Below, piece after piece: positions 16,596-26,301 of a stretch of DNA of 64,000 nt. The notes below the pieces were generated by a model. It did not search any database and was not told the origin of the DNA. It saw only the letters and a list, made by a program, of their open reading frames with translations. Origin of the DNA: an uncultured Anaerotruncus sp. (GTDB taxonomy: Bacteria > Bacillota > Clostridia > Oscillospirales > CAG-272); assembly GCA_905210995.1 (NCBI GenBank), contig CAJLZE010000001.1, positions 1,910 to 65,909 of the forward strand, given 5' to 3'. Numbering within the stretch: position 1 is the first letter of the stretch; each line of letters opens with the position of its first letter. The translations under genes were made by a program, and so were the position numbers.

Positions 16596-17543
16596 TCAGT
16601 TCAGTCTGTCTCCCAAGCTGACCTTTCTGCCGCGGATGAACTCCCCGGCACTCATTTTGCCCTTGCCCTCTGGCACTATGCGGGTAAGCACGAGCGCTCC
16701 CTCGCCGCATGCAACGGTGATGCCGCCGTCGCCGTGCGCGTCAAGCGCCGTAACGCATCCCGCCTCGCCCCCGGCGCTGCCGTCGGCAACGTGTGAGGCA
16801 ACGACCTTGAGGAGCTTTCCGTCCGGTGTATGTGTCCACGCGAGCGGCGCGGGCGAGCACCCGCGTATGAGATCGTGCAGCTCCGCAGCGGGGCGTGAAA
16901 AGTCGATGCGGAGGTCTTCTTTTCCGAGCTTTGCGGCGTATGTTGCACCCTCCTCCGGCTGAGGCGTACGCACGAGCGTTCCCGCCGTCAGTGCGTCGAG
17001 CGTCTCTGTCAGAAGCTCCGCTCCGACCTCCGCCATGCGGTCATGGACAGTTCCGAAGTCGTCCTCATCGCCAATCGGCACCTCGCGCACGAGCAGCATA
17101 TCGCCCGTGTCGATGCCGTCGTTCATATACATCGTTGTAATTCCCGTGACCTTTTTGCCGTCGATGACCGCGCGCTGCATAGGCGCGGCGCCGCGGTATT
17201 CGGGCAGGAGCGAACCGTGCACGTTTATACACCCGCAGGCAGGCAGCTCCAGCACCTCGGGCGGGAGTATCCTGCCGTACGCGGCGACAACGATGAGATT
17301 CGGCGCAAGTGTGCGCAGTATCTCAAGCGGTTCGGGTGCGCGCAGCGTTTTCGGCTGAAATACCGGAACGCCCATTTTCTCCGCCAGCACCTTAACGGGC
17401 GGCGGCGTCAGCTTATGCCCTCTGCCGGCGGGTTTATCCTCGCGCGTGAACACTCCGACGATCTTCGCGCCCGTTCTCTCCGCATATTTTCCGAGTGCGG
17501 CGAGAGACGCTGCTGCGAAATCCGGCGTGCCCATAAAGACCAT
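16596..17543 (-). CDS. fmt: methionyl-tRNA formyltransferase
   Basis: MVFMGTPDFA...INVHGSLLPEYRGAAP. The ATG at 17543 has GGGAG 9 nt upstream. The alternative ATG at 17597 overlaps the def stop and would add 18 aa. Confidence 0.9.
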   Translation of the reverse strand: MVFMGTPDFAAASLAALGKYAERTGAKIVGVFTREDKPAGRGHKLTPPPVKVLAEKMGVPVFQPKTLRAPEPLEILRTLAPNLIVVAAYGRILPPEVLELPACGCINVHGSLLPEYRGAAPMQRAVIDGKKVTGITTMYMNDGIDTGDMLLVREVPIGDEDDFGTVHDRMAEVGAELLTETLDALTAGTLVRTPQPEEGATYAAKLGKEDLRIDFSRPAAELHDLIRGCSPAPLAWTHTPDGKLLKVVASHVADGSAGGEAGCVTALDAHGDGGITVACGEGALVLTRIVPEGKGKMSAGEFIRGRKVSLGDRLN

Positions 17544-17593
17544 CCGCAGCGGCTCCCGCAGAGCCGGCACGGGGTATCTCACATCATTTTTCA

Positions 17594-18049
17594 TCATTTA
17601 TCTTCCATGCTTATGGCAATATCGGTATAGAGCTTGCCGTCAAGGTGATCTATCTCATGACAGAAGGCGCGTGCCAGCAGTCCCTCTCCGGTCATTTCGA
17701 ACGCTTTGCCGTCGCGTCCCGTGGCGCGCACGGTCACCTTCATCGGTCGGCGCACGATGCCCGATCTGCCGGGTATCGAAAGGCAGCCCTCGGGTCCCTC
17801 CTGCTCTCCCGCCTCGTAAATTATCTCGGGGTTTATGAGGAATATCGGGTGATCCTCCTCCACCTCGATAACGACCAGGCGGCGCAGCACGCCCACCTGC
17901 GGAGCCGCAAGCCCCACGCCGTCTGCCGCGCGCATTGTCTCGAGCATATCATCGAGCAGTTGCTGGATGCGCGGTGTAACTCTTTCTACCGGGCGGCTCG
18001 TCTGCCGCAGTGTCGGATCCTTATCCGTAATTATTTTTCTCTTAGCCAT
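17594..18049 (-). CDS. def: peptide deformylase
   Basis: GVGLAAPQVG, EGCLSIPG and HEIDHLDG motifs. Confidence 0.95.
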   Translation of the reverse strand: MAKRKIITDKDPTLRQTSRPVERVTPRIQQLLDDMLETMRAADGVGLAAPQVGVLRRLVVIEVEEDHPIFLINPEIIYEAGEQEGPEGCLSIPGRSGIVRRPMKVTVRATGRDGKAFEMTGEGLLARAFCHEIDHLDGKLYTDIAISMEDK

Positions 18050-18326
18050 ACAACTTATCCTTCTTTCTTTGATCTCGGGTGACGTTTGTGCAGACTCTGA
18101 GCTTCATACCCCGATGATGAAATAAGTACAGATTCATATCTGTTATGGAAATACAGTCACATCAAAACTTTATCACCGTATCCGTATGGGAGGGGCTCTG
18201 CTCCTCCCGCAAAGCATATGCAGACATCATTCACGGGAGTGGCGACCTCGGGCTTTGTCCGAGTTCATCCTCCACTACCGATACGGGAAAAATTTTGTTT
18301 CCGTCTGTTCCCGGCGGTGCGAGCCG
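18050..18326. repeat. intergenic repeat array (priA-def spacer)
   Basis: One full CTCGGGTG-N26-ACCCCGATGATGAA unit (18074-18121), a GGGAGGGGCTCTGCTCCTCCC hairpin (18188-18208), and the shared ACAGTCACATCA segment. The same modules occur at 43.1-43.4 kb and 59.3 kb. Confidence 0.75.
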
Positions 18327-20840
18327 TTATATATTCGTCGGGTTGAAATCGACCGACAGGACGGGCCCGCGCTTTGCCCTGTCCGAGAACTCCGCTCTCA
18401 GCCGGGCGAACATCGCGCGGCTCCTGCCGCACAGCCTGCACTTTATTATCATCCGTATGCGGTATTTGCCGTCCACACGGTAAACAGGCGCCTCGAACGG
18501 CCCGAAAACTATTGCGGGAACGTCACCAAACTCCCCGCCGGTAAGCTCGCGCAGCTTGTCCGACAGCAGCTTTCCCGACATTACCGCCGCCCTCTCGTCG
18601 GGCGAGGTAACGGTCAGCAGCACGATATCGCAGAACGGAGGAAACGTCAGCGCCCGCCGCAGCCTTATCTCGCGTGCGTAAAACGTGTCGTAATCCTGCC
18701 GGCAGGCAAGCTTTATTATATCGTGCTCGGGATTGTTCGTCTGTATTATCGCCTCGCCGGGCTTTTGCCCTCTGCCCGCTCTGCCGATGACCTGCGTGAG
18801 CATGGCGAACGTGCGCTCGCCCGCGCGGTAATCATCGAGATAAAGTGACATATCCGCCAGCAGCACGCCGACGAGCGTGACGTCGGGGAAGTCGTGCCCC
18901 TTTGTCACCATCTGCGTACCGAGCAGGATATCCCCCTCGTGCGCCCGGAATTTACCGAGCAATCTGTCGTATGCTTCGCGCGTGGACGTCGTGTCGGTGT
19001 CCATGCGTATGACGCGCACACCGGGGATCAGAAGCCCCAGCTCCTGCTCGACCCGCTGTGTGCCGTAGCCCATCCTCACAAGGTGCTCCGACCCGCAGTT
19101 AGGGCATTTTTCGGGCAGCGGCATATGCCTGCCGCACCAATGGCAGACAAGCTCGCCCGCGCCGTAATCGCCCTCGCGCGTGTGGTAGGTCATTGAGACC
19201 GAGCACCGCGGGCAGGTTATCGCCGTTCCGCACGACGCACAGGAGACAAAATTGTTGTACCCGCGGCGGTTCAGGAACAGTATCGACTGCTCGCCGCGCG
19301 AATACACCTCACACAGTCGTGAGGCAAGCTCGGTGCCGATGGGCGAAAGATTCGCACCGCGCGCCTCGCCGCGCATATCCGCGACCGTGACCGCGGGCAG
19401 CGCCGCGCCGCCGTAGCGGTGCGTGAGCCTTACGAGCGTATATGTGCCGTCGCACGCCTTTTTGAAGCTCTCGACCGACGGCGTTGCCGAGCAGAGCAGC
19501 ATGAGCGCCGAATTTGCGGCGCTGCGGTATCTTGCAATGTCGCGCGCGTGGTAGCGCGGCGACATATCGGACTTGTATGTGTGTTCCTGCTCCTCGTCGA
19601 TGACGATGAGCCCCGGGTCCTTCACCGGTGCGAATATCGCCGAGCGCGTGCCGACCGCAAGCGGTGCGGCGCCCGTGCGTATCCTCTCCCACGCGGCGTA
19701 TCTCTCGCTGCGCGAAAGCCCCGAATGCAGCACCGCGACCCTCTCGCCGTAACGCGAGCAGAATATAGCCAGCGACTGCGGCGTCAGCGCTATCTCGGGC
19801 AAAAGCAGGATGACCCCGCGCCCGCGCGACAGCATCAGATCGATAAGCGCCAGCATAACCGCGGTCTTGCCGCTGCCGGTCACGCCGTAAAGCAGTGCGC
19901 CGTGCGCCCGTCCGTCACCGGAAAGCTCCGCGAGCTTTTCAAAAGCCGCGCTCTGCTCGTCGTTAAGACGCACGGGCTCCGCGTTCGGCTTTTCGGGCAG
20001 GACCGTCTCCGACCGCGCCCTCTCCGCGTCGCGCATGACACGCCGCAGGACCCCCTTTTTCTCAAGGGACAATATCTGCGCGCGGCATTTGCCGAACTTT
20101 TCTTCAAGCTCAGTCTCGCGTATTCCGTCCCCGCACCCGATAAGCGACTCGGTTATCGCGACCTGTATCGCCGATGCGGGACGTTTTATGTCGGGGTGCC
20201 TTTTGTCGAGCACCGCACGCAACCCGTCGGGTGAGAGCACCGGCTCACAGTACATTTCGCCGCGCGCGTCACCGCCCGCGGTCTCAAGCTCGCGGATGAG
20301 CAGCGGCACTCTGCCGCCGCAAAGCGCGTCGGCAATGCCGGACGCCTGCGCGCCGAAGCGCGATGTCAGCGCCGCCGCCGAGACTCTGCCCCTGCCGCGG
20401 ACGTATTCAAGCACCATGAGCGCTGCGGGATCGTCGTTTTCGATATCTACGGCGGCTTCCGGCTCCGCATACGCGGGATTGGGAAGATAAAACTCGGTCA
20501 ACCGCGAAAGTGCGGCGGGCGGCAGCATTGCGCGCACCGCGTCGCCCGTCGTGCAGAGCGTCTGCTCTTTCATAAATCGGCAGAGCCCCAGCATTTCGGT
20601 ATCGAGCGACACCTCGCGCGAGCACACGCCCGCGACCGGCTTGAGCTTGTCCTCCGGTGTATCGGAGCTGTCGCGCACGGCGGTGCACAGTGCGATCATG
20701 CGGCGGTTGCCGCTGCCGAACGGAACGCTGAGAAAATCGCCCGGCGCGATCTCCATGCCCTCGGGTATCCGGTAATCGTATTCGCGGTCTATCTGAAAGG
20801 GCGCGTCAAGCAGATACACGCCGGCATACACAGAGTTCAT
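18327..20840 (-). CDS. priA: primosomal replication restart helicase PriA
   Basis: 837 aa with Walker A GVTGSGKT, DEEH, and the Cys-rich zinc insertion (CASCG...CPRC...CHWCG...CPNCG). Confidence 0.9.
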   Translation of the reverse strand: MNSVYAGVYLLDAPFQIDREYDYRIPEGMEIAPGDFLSVPFGSGNRRMIALCTAVRDSSDTPEDKLKPVAGVCSREVSLDTEMLGLCRFMKEQTLCTTGDAVRAMLPPAALSRLTEFYLPNPAYAEPEAAVDIENDDPAALMVLEYVRGRGRVSAAALTSRFGAQASGIADALCGGRVPLLIRELETAGGDARGEMYCEPVLSPDGLRAVLDKRHPDIKRPASAIQVAITESLIGCGDGIRETELEEKFGKCRAQILSLEKKGVLRRVMRDAERARSETVLPEKPNAEPVRLNDEQSAAFEKLAELSGDGRAHGALLYGVTGSGKTAVMLALIDLMLSRGRGVILLLPEIALTPQSLAIFCSRYGERVAVLHSGLSRSERYAAWERIRTGAAPLAVGTRSAIFAPVKDPGLIVIDEEQEHTYKSDMSPRYHARDIARYRSAANSALMLLCSATPSVESFKKACDGTYTLVRLTHRYGGAALPAVTVADMRGEARGANLSPIGTELASRLCEVYSRGEQSILFLNRRGYNNFVSCASCGTAITCPRCSVSMTYHTREGDYGAGELVCHWCGRHMPLPEKCPNCGSEHLVRMGYGTQRVEQELGLLIPGVRVIRMDTDTTSTREAYDRLLGKFRAHEGDILLGTQMVTKGHDFPDVTLVGVLLADMSLYLDDYRAGERTFAMLTQVIGRAGRGQKPGEAIIQTNNPEHDIIKLACRQDYDTFYAREIRLRRALTFPPFCDIVLLTVTSPDERAAVMSGKLLSDKLRELTGGEFGDVPAIVFGPFEAPVYRVDGKYRIRMIIKCRLCGRSRAMFARLRAEFSDRAKRGPVLSVDFNPTNI

Positions 20841-20884
20841 GCGGATTCCTTTCGTTTACCGGGAAGTGTTGTGCGGGCGCCCCG

Positions 20885-21364
20885 TCACTTGCTCATCGTT
20901 TCCCAGTCGCCCTCTTCTTCATAATCGCCGTCCACCTTGTCGGGGGCGGGACCATCGGAGAACTTCTCCTCGGGCAGCGTCTCCTCGGTCACAACGATAG
21001 GCTCGGCTCCGGTATCGCGCTTTGCGGGAGCGATATCGGTGCCCGCCTGATGAGCGGCGGCGAACAGGCTCGAATTTTCGCCCACGACCACCGAGTCGCC
21101 CTCGCGGTCAACGATGACGTATTCGCCCGACTCGATCTTGTCGATAGCGATCTTCACCGCCTTGCGGTCGCGGTAATCGGGATTGACCGTTACCGCTTCG
21201 CCCGCCTTTTCGGTCTCCTTTGCGCCCGCCGCGGCTTTTTCGGCAAGGTGACGCTCACGCACATATTCGTCGGTGATGAGTCTGGCGCACTTTGCGGTAG
21301 CGACCGCGAGCTGATAACGGTTGAATTTGCCCTTTGTGAGCTTGTTGATGGTAGGATAAAGCAT
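20885..21364 (-). CDS. rpoZ: DNA-directed RNA polymerase subunit omega with a long acidic C-terminal extension
   Basis: N-terminus MLYPTINKLTKGKFNRYQLAVATAKCARLI matches the omega core. The product is 159 aa and ends in an acidic DGDYEEEGDWE tail. Confidence 0.8.
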   Translation of the reverse strand: MLYPTINKLTKGKFNRYQLAVATAKCARLITDEYVRERHLAEKAAAGAKETEKAGEAVTVNPDYRDRKAVKIAIDKIESGEYVIVDREGDSVVVGENSSLFAAAHQAGTDIAPAKRDTGAEPIVVTEETLPEEKFSDGPAPDKVDGDYEEEGDWETMSK

Positions 21365-21418
21365 TTTATTCTCCTTGATCTGTGTGTTCTTTTTCGTAAT
21401 GTATTTGCCCGCGGCGGT

Positions 21419-21682
21419 TCAGTCCGCCTCGGTCTCGTCGTCGCCGTCCTCGCTGTCAAGACGGTTGGCGATCGTCTCCGCCTGCACGGCGGAAAGGATA
21501 ACATGGTCCGAATCGGTGATTATAACGGCTCTCGTGCGCCTGCCGCAGGAAACGTCGATGACCCGCCCCTGCTCGCGCGCGTCCTGCACCAGCCTTTTGA
21601 CCGGCGCCGAATCGGGACTGACCAGAGCCACAACACGGTCGGCGGCTACGATATTGCCGTAGCCTATGCTTATGAATTTCAT
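21419..21682 (-). CDS. remA: RemA-like DUF370 regulatory protein
   Basis: [35 protein letters not shown]...[27 protein letters not shown] is the RemA/YlzA signature. Confidence 0.8.
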   Translation of the reverse strand: MKFISIGYGNIVAADRVVALVSPDSAPVKRLVQDAREQGRVIDVSCGRRTRAVIITDSDHVILSAVQAETIANRLDSEDGDDETEAD

Positions 21683-21730
21683 AAAACGCCTTCTTTCATG
21701 GATTCTTTCGTTTTTGCCCTTATTTTGCCT

Positions 21731-22639
21731 TTATTCGATGTTCTGTATCTGTTCGCGGACCTTTTCGGTCTCGTTTTTAAGCTCCACGCCGACCGCGGCG
21801 ATATCTGCGTTCTGGCACTTTGAGCAGATCGTGTTTATCTCGCGGTTGACCTCCTGGAGCTGAAAATCAAACTTTCTTCCAACGGGAGCGTCCGAGCGCG
21901 TCATTTCGTGCAGTGCCGAAAGATGAGAGCGCAGGCGCACCAGCTCTTCGTCGATGGCAAGGCGGTCCGCCTGTATCGCGCACTCGGTGAGGATGCGGTT
22001 TTCGTCCGGCTCGGCGCCGCTCTCGGCAAGCAGCGTGCGTATGCGTGAGGTGATCTTTGCGTGCAGTGCCGCCGAATTTGCAGCCGAAAGCGCGTCAACG
22101 CGGTCAACGAGCGCTCCGATGCCGTCAAGCTTGCCCTCGATATCCCTGCGCAGATTTTCACCCTCGCGCACGCGCTCGGCGCAAAAGGCTTCAAGCGCCC
22201 CGCGCAGCACCGGCTCGATGTATATCCATTCTTCCTCCGGATCGGGCGCATCTCCCGCTCCCCGGACGGTGAATATATCGCGGTTCTCCGCCACCGTCAT
22301 GACCGAAATGTCGTCGCAGAGACCGAATTCATCGCGCAGCGCGTGAAGCGCGGCGATATACGAGGCTGCGGCTGCGCGGTCGAGCGCAAGAGGCGGCGCC
22401 GCAGTGCCGCCATCGGAGCCGGAAACGGGCGCCGAGGTTATGTTTACATCCACCTTGCCGCGGCTGACGCCCGCCGAGACAAACATTGCGCGGATGCGGG
22501 GCTCGAGCGGCGTCAGCGCGCGCGGGAGCCTCAGGTTGAGATCAAGAAATTTGTTGTTGACGGATTTTATCTCCGCCGAGACCGAACGGTCGTCGGTTTC
22601 GGCGCATTTCCGGCTGTACGCCGTCATGCTTCTGAACAT
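21731..22639 (-). CDS. yicC: YicC/YloC family endoribonuclease
   Basis: MFRSMTAYSR start (ATG at 22639, chosen over the track start at 22684) and the C-terminal DUF1732-type KFDFQLQEVNREINTICSK motif. Confidence 0.85.
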   Translation of the reverse strand: MFRSMTAYSRKCAETDDRSVSAEIKSVNNKFLDLNLRLPRALTPLEPRIRAMFVSAGVSRGKVDVNITSAPVSGSDGGTAAPPLALDRAAAASYIAALHALRDEFGLCDDISVMTVAENRDIFTVRGAGDAPDPEEEWIYIEPVLRGALEAFCAERVREGENLRRDIEGKLDGIGALVDRVDALSAANSAALHAKITSRIRTLLAESGAEPDENRILTECAIQADRLAIDEELVRLRSHLSALHEMTRSDAPVGRKFDFQLQEVNREINTICSKCQNADIAAVGVELKNETEKVREQIQNIE

Positions 22640-22855
22640 AATGCGCGGGATTCCTTTCCCCTCCGACGCTTGCGCCGGAAGCACCGTGATGAAATTTTCG
22701 CATATATATAGTTATTATAATATATTTTTAATCGCTTGTCAAGACGCGCGCGTGAAGGCGGCGGAAGAAAATGTAAAGCTTCGGTTAACAATAAGTCGAA
22801 GGCTGACGATCTTCAAAAAAAATGCGTGACAGGCGTCTTTTGTTGCCAACTTAGG

Positions 22856-22884
22856 TTGACATGAGCCTCTCGGGATGCTATACT
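22856..22884 (+). promoter_or_regulatory. sigma-A type promoter for the glycosidase gene
   Basis: TTGACA, a 17-nt spacer, then TATACT. Confidence 0.5.
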
Positions 22885-22919
22885 TATGTCACATCAACCC
22901 CTCGGGAGGAGCTTTTACA

Positions 22920-25040
22920 ATGAACGGTAACGAAATTCTCACCCACGCCGTGCCGATATGGTTTGCGGGCAGCACATCGATGCCCGACGAATATGCCGAA
23001 TTCGACGCGGACTTCAGTGCGGAAAACACCGGAAAATTTGAATTTTACATCGCCGCCGGCTCGGAATACAGCCTTTACCTCGACGGCAGACTTATCGGCT
23101 TCGGGCAGTATCAGGATTACCCCGGACGCCTCATATACGACACCCTGACCTTTGATGCGGAAGCGGGCGAACACACCCTGCGTGTTATCGCGTGGCACTG
23201 GGGCGTTGACTCATTCACGCACACAAAGCGTCCGCCGTATGTGATATTCGGGCTTCGCGGCACGGCGGGAGAGCAGGCGCTCGTCTCGTCGGAAAACACG
23301 CCCTCGCGGCGTGCGCCGGGATATGTCCCTTATAAAAATCATACTATCACGTCACAGCTGGGACTCGGCTGCGAATACAGCGCCGCAGATGCCGCCGACA
23401 AAGAAAATTCCGCTTTCACGCCGTCGGTGCGCGCGTCCGTCGGAACACAGGACGGCTCATATGTGCTGCTCCCGCGCCCGATAAAGCGCTGCGATCTGCT
23501 TCCGGACACCGCCATGACGGTAGTCAGACGCGGATATTACCGCGCGGCAAGCGGCGCAGCGTTTTCGGACGATCCGGGACTCGCCCTCGACAGCGCCGAG
23601 CTCGACGTGGAGCGCAAGGACGCCGACGGATGCTATCTTGTTGCCGACACCGGAGCCGAAGAAACCGGATTTATAAAATTTTTATTTTCCGCTTCGCGCG
23701 TCTGCGACGTGCTCGTCGGCTGGGGAGAGCACCTGACGCCCGAGCGCGAAACGCCGCGCACAGCCATGGGGAGCCGCCGCTTTTACTACCGCTACACCGC
23801 CGCCCGGGGGCAGAACCGCCGCACCGAACCGATGCGCCGCGCCGGCTGCCGCTATCTTGAGATCTTCGTTGCCGACCCGGACGCGGACATAAGATATCTC
23901 GGCCTTGTGCCCGAGCGCTACCCGCTGACTCTTTCCGCCGCGCCCGTAAAGGATGCCGCGCGCCGCGCCGTATACGACTGCGCCGTGCGCACGCTCGAGC
24001 TTTGCATGCACGAGCATTACGAGGACTGCCCGTGGCGCGAGCAGTCGCTTTATTCGCTCGACTCTCGCACGCAGATGCTCTGCGGCTACGCCGCATTTGC
24101 CGACGGCAACGCAAAATTTGTGCGTGCAAGCCTCGACCTCATCTCACGCAGTGAACGCCCCGACGGGCTGCTCACGCTCTGCGCACCCGCGGGCATCGAC
24201 CGCCCGATCCCGTGCTATTCGCTCTCATATATAATACAGATGAAAGAATACGGCGATTTTTCGGGAGACGCCGCCTTCCTTGAGTCAAAGCTCAATCTGC
24301 TCGAACGCATAGCGTCGGTATTTCTCGACCGCCGCGCATCCGAGCACGGCGGAGCGGTGCGCCGGCTGCCCGACCGCCTCGGTTACTGGAACTTCTACGA
24401 GTGGGCAAAGACTCTTGACGGGCGTTCGATACACAAGGAGACCGCAGACGCCGATCTGCCCGCCGAAGCACCGCTCACCGCGTTTCTTGCTATGGCGTGC
24501 CGCGATCTCGGCGCGATATTTGAGCTCTGCGCCGCGAAAAACGGAGAAAAAGCCGACGTATTTGCAAAAAAAGCCGAATACTACCGCGCGGCGGGCAGCG
24601 AGCTTGCAGCCGCGATACGCAATGTGTTCTTTGACGCGGACGCGGGGCTCTTCCGCAGCTTTACCGACCGCGCCGACGCTCCTTTTGCGGTGCTGACACA
24701 GGCGCTCTGCCTGCTCGCGGGCGCAGGCGAAGGCACGGACACCTCACGTGCGCTCGAAGCAGTCGCCGTCAACGGCGGGGAAGGGCTCGTACCCGCTACG
24801 CTCTCCTCCTCGGTCTTCCGTTTTGACGCGCTGGCGGCAGCCGACGCCGAAAAATATGCCCCCGTGATACTCGCCGAGCTTGACCGCGACGGGAAATATA
24901 TGCTCGACCGCGGCGCCACGACGTTCTGGGAGACGATAAAGGGAGCTGCCGACTTCGGCGGTGCGGGGAGCCTCTGCCACGGATGGAGCGCGCTTGCCGC
25001 ACTCTGGTACACGCGGCTCGAAGCACACGTCGGCTGTTGA
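22920..25040 (+). CDS. alpha-L-rhamnosidase-like (GH78-like) six-hairpin glycoside hydrolase
   Basis: The ATG at 22920 has a GGGAGGAG SD. There is an N-terminal rhamnosidase-type beta domain (YSLYLDGRLIGFG), an EDCPWREQ motif, and a C-terminal (alpha/alpha)6-like region ending GSLCHGWSA. Confidence 0.6.
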   Translation: MNGNEILTHAVPIWFAGSTSMPDEYAEFDADFSAENTGKFEFYIAAGSEYSLYLDGRLIGFGQYQDYPGRLIYDTLTFDAEAGEHTLRVIAWHWGVDSFTHTKRPPYVIFGLRGTAGEQALVSSENTPSRRAPGYVPYKNHTITSQLGLGCEYSAADAADKENSAFTPSVRASVGTQDGSYVLLPRPIKRCDLLPDTAMTVVRRGYYRAASGAAFSDDPGLALDSAELDVERKDADGCYLVADTGAEETGFIKFLFSASRVCDVLVGWGEHLTPERETPRTAMGSRRFYYRYTAARGQNRRTEPMRRAGCRYLEIFVADPDADIRYLGLVPERYPLTLSAAPVKDAARRAVYDCAVRTLELCMHEHYEDCPWREQSLYSLDSRTQMLCGYAAFADGNAKFVRASLDLISRSERPDGLLTLCAPAGIDRPIPCYSLSYIIQMKEYGDFSGDAAFLESKLNLLERIASVFLDRRASEHGGAVRRLPDRLGYWNFYEWAKTLDGRSIHKETADADLPAEAPLTAFLAMACRDLGAIFELCAAKNGEKADVFAKKAEYYRAAGSELAAAIRNVFFDADAGLFRSFTDRADAPFAVLTQALCLLAGAGEGTDTSRALEAVAVNGGEGLVPATLSSSVFRFDALAAADAEKYAPVILAELDRDGKYMLDRGATTFWETIKGAADFGGAGSLCHGWSALAALWYTRLEAHVGC

Positions 25041-25312
25041 CCTTGCTCGCAATTTTTTTAAATATCTTATTTTCGCGAATAAAAACGCCGCGCGGCGCAA
25101 ACAATAGACCGATAGGTTATCGCACCGGCGGCGCGGCTACATAAGGCAAAAAGCCGGACCCATCCCGCCCTCGGCACCACCCACCGCGCCGTGCGCCCGT
25201 TATGTTTATCGGACGAAGCACGGCAGCGGAGCGGGTGCGCCGACGGGAAGCAATGCGCGTCCGGCTCTTTTTGCCTCATCACGCGGGGACACCCGCTCAT
25301 GAGGTCGCGAAA

Positions 25313-25987
25313 ATGGATAAATACAAGAAGAAAAGGATCATCCGCGCCGCCGCGGTGCTGACATTTGCCGCTCTGCTTCTCATGCCCTGCCTGCCGATAC
25401 ACGGCGAGGCGGAAATTTACCGCAAGGTGCTGCGGCTGCACGTTATCGCCGACTCGGACTCCCCCGAGGATCAGAGTATAAAGCTCTCGGTGCGCGACGC
25501 CGTGCTTGACGTGATACCCGACATTCTCGGCGAATGCAGGACATATGACGAGGCAAAGACAGCTCTCGCCGACGAAAACAACCAAGCAGTGCTGCTTGCA
25601 GCCGCGCGTGAGCGGCTCAAGGAGCTGGGCGCGGGCTGCGACGCCGCGATAACACTCGGCGAGGAGTATTATCCGACCCGCGAATACGACGGCGTGCGCC
25701 TGCCGGCGGGGAAGTACACCTCGCTCCGCATCGTGCTCGGCTCCGGCTCGGGCAAAAACTGGTGGTGCGTGCTCTTTCCGTCGCTCTGCCTGTCGGCGGC
25801 GCGCCGCAGTGCGGCGCCCGCCGGCAGTGATATCACCGACGATGCCGAGAACCCCCGCGGGGAGGATTATATCGCCGCCGGATTCACGCCCGAGCAGTAC
25901 CGCACGATAACCGAGACAGACGCGCCGCGCTATCGCATAAGGTTCAGGATACTCGAGCTTATCGGCGAGTTGACCGCGGCAAACTGA
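25313..25987 (+). CDS. spoIIR: stage II sporulation protein R
   Basis: LRLHVIADSDSPEDQSIKLSVRDAV...NWWCVLFPSLC are hallmark SpoIIR motifs. The ATG at 25313 has a GAGGT SD, and a signal/TM segment follows. Confidence 0.8.
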   Translation: MDKYKKKRIIRAAAVLTFAALLLMPCLPIHGEAEIYRKVLRLHVIADSDSPEDQSIKLSVRDAVLDVIPDILGECRTYDEAKTALADENNQAVLLAAARERLKELGAGCDAAITLGEEYYPTREYDGVRLPAGKYTSLRIVLGSGSGKNWWCVLFPSLCLSAARRSAAPAGSDITDDAENPRGEDYIAAGFTPEQYRTITETDAPRYRIRFRILELIGELTAAN

Positions 25988-26041
25988 CGTCCCCCCGCCT
26001 TTGGAACCGGCGAGCCGCGGTGACACGGACCGGCATTTTTG

Positions 26042-26083
26042 AAGGGCTGTTAAAAACAAATTGTTTTTGACAGCCCTTTTTTT
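26042..26083 (+). terminator. rho-independent terminator after spoIIR
   Basis: AAGGGCTGTTAAAAAC-aaatt-GTTTTTGACAGCCCTT followed by a T7 run. Confidence 0.7.
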
Positions 26084-26301
26084 ACGTACACACGGCGTCA
26101 TGTTTTTAAATATCATACTTTTCATTCATCCCGTCGGCGACGGCACGGATGCGGCAAAAAACAGTTTGTTTACCGTTTCTTATCTTTTGCGACACATTGC
26201 GAAATTCCCGTTATGTTATAATAAAGGTAGAAAATAATTTTTGAACGCGTGAATGCGCAAGCGTATCCGCACATTGTCTGTCGGTACAGAAAGGACACGA
26301 A

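Noticed and set aside
16596-17597. Longer fmt start overlapping the def stop
   Set aside because: It would add 18 non-conserved residues before the canonical MVFMGTPDFA. The internal ATG at 17543 has a GGGAG SD. The longer form remains possible through translational coupling.
25041-25312. Sigma-F type promoter for spoIIR
   Set aside because: A sigma-F promoter is expected biologically, but I could not find a convincing match to the sigma-F -35/-10 consensus by eye, so I report no site.
25067-26125. 352-aa minus-strand ORF
   Set aside because: It is antisense to spoIIR, which carries the hallmark motifs.
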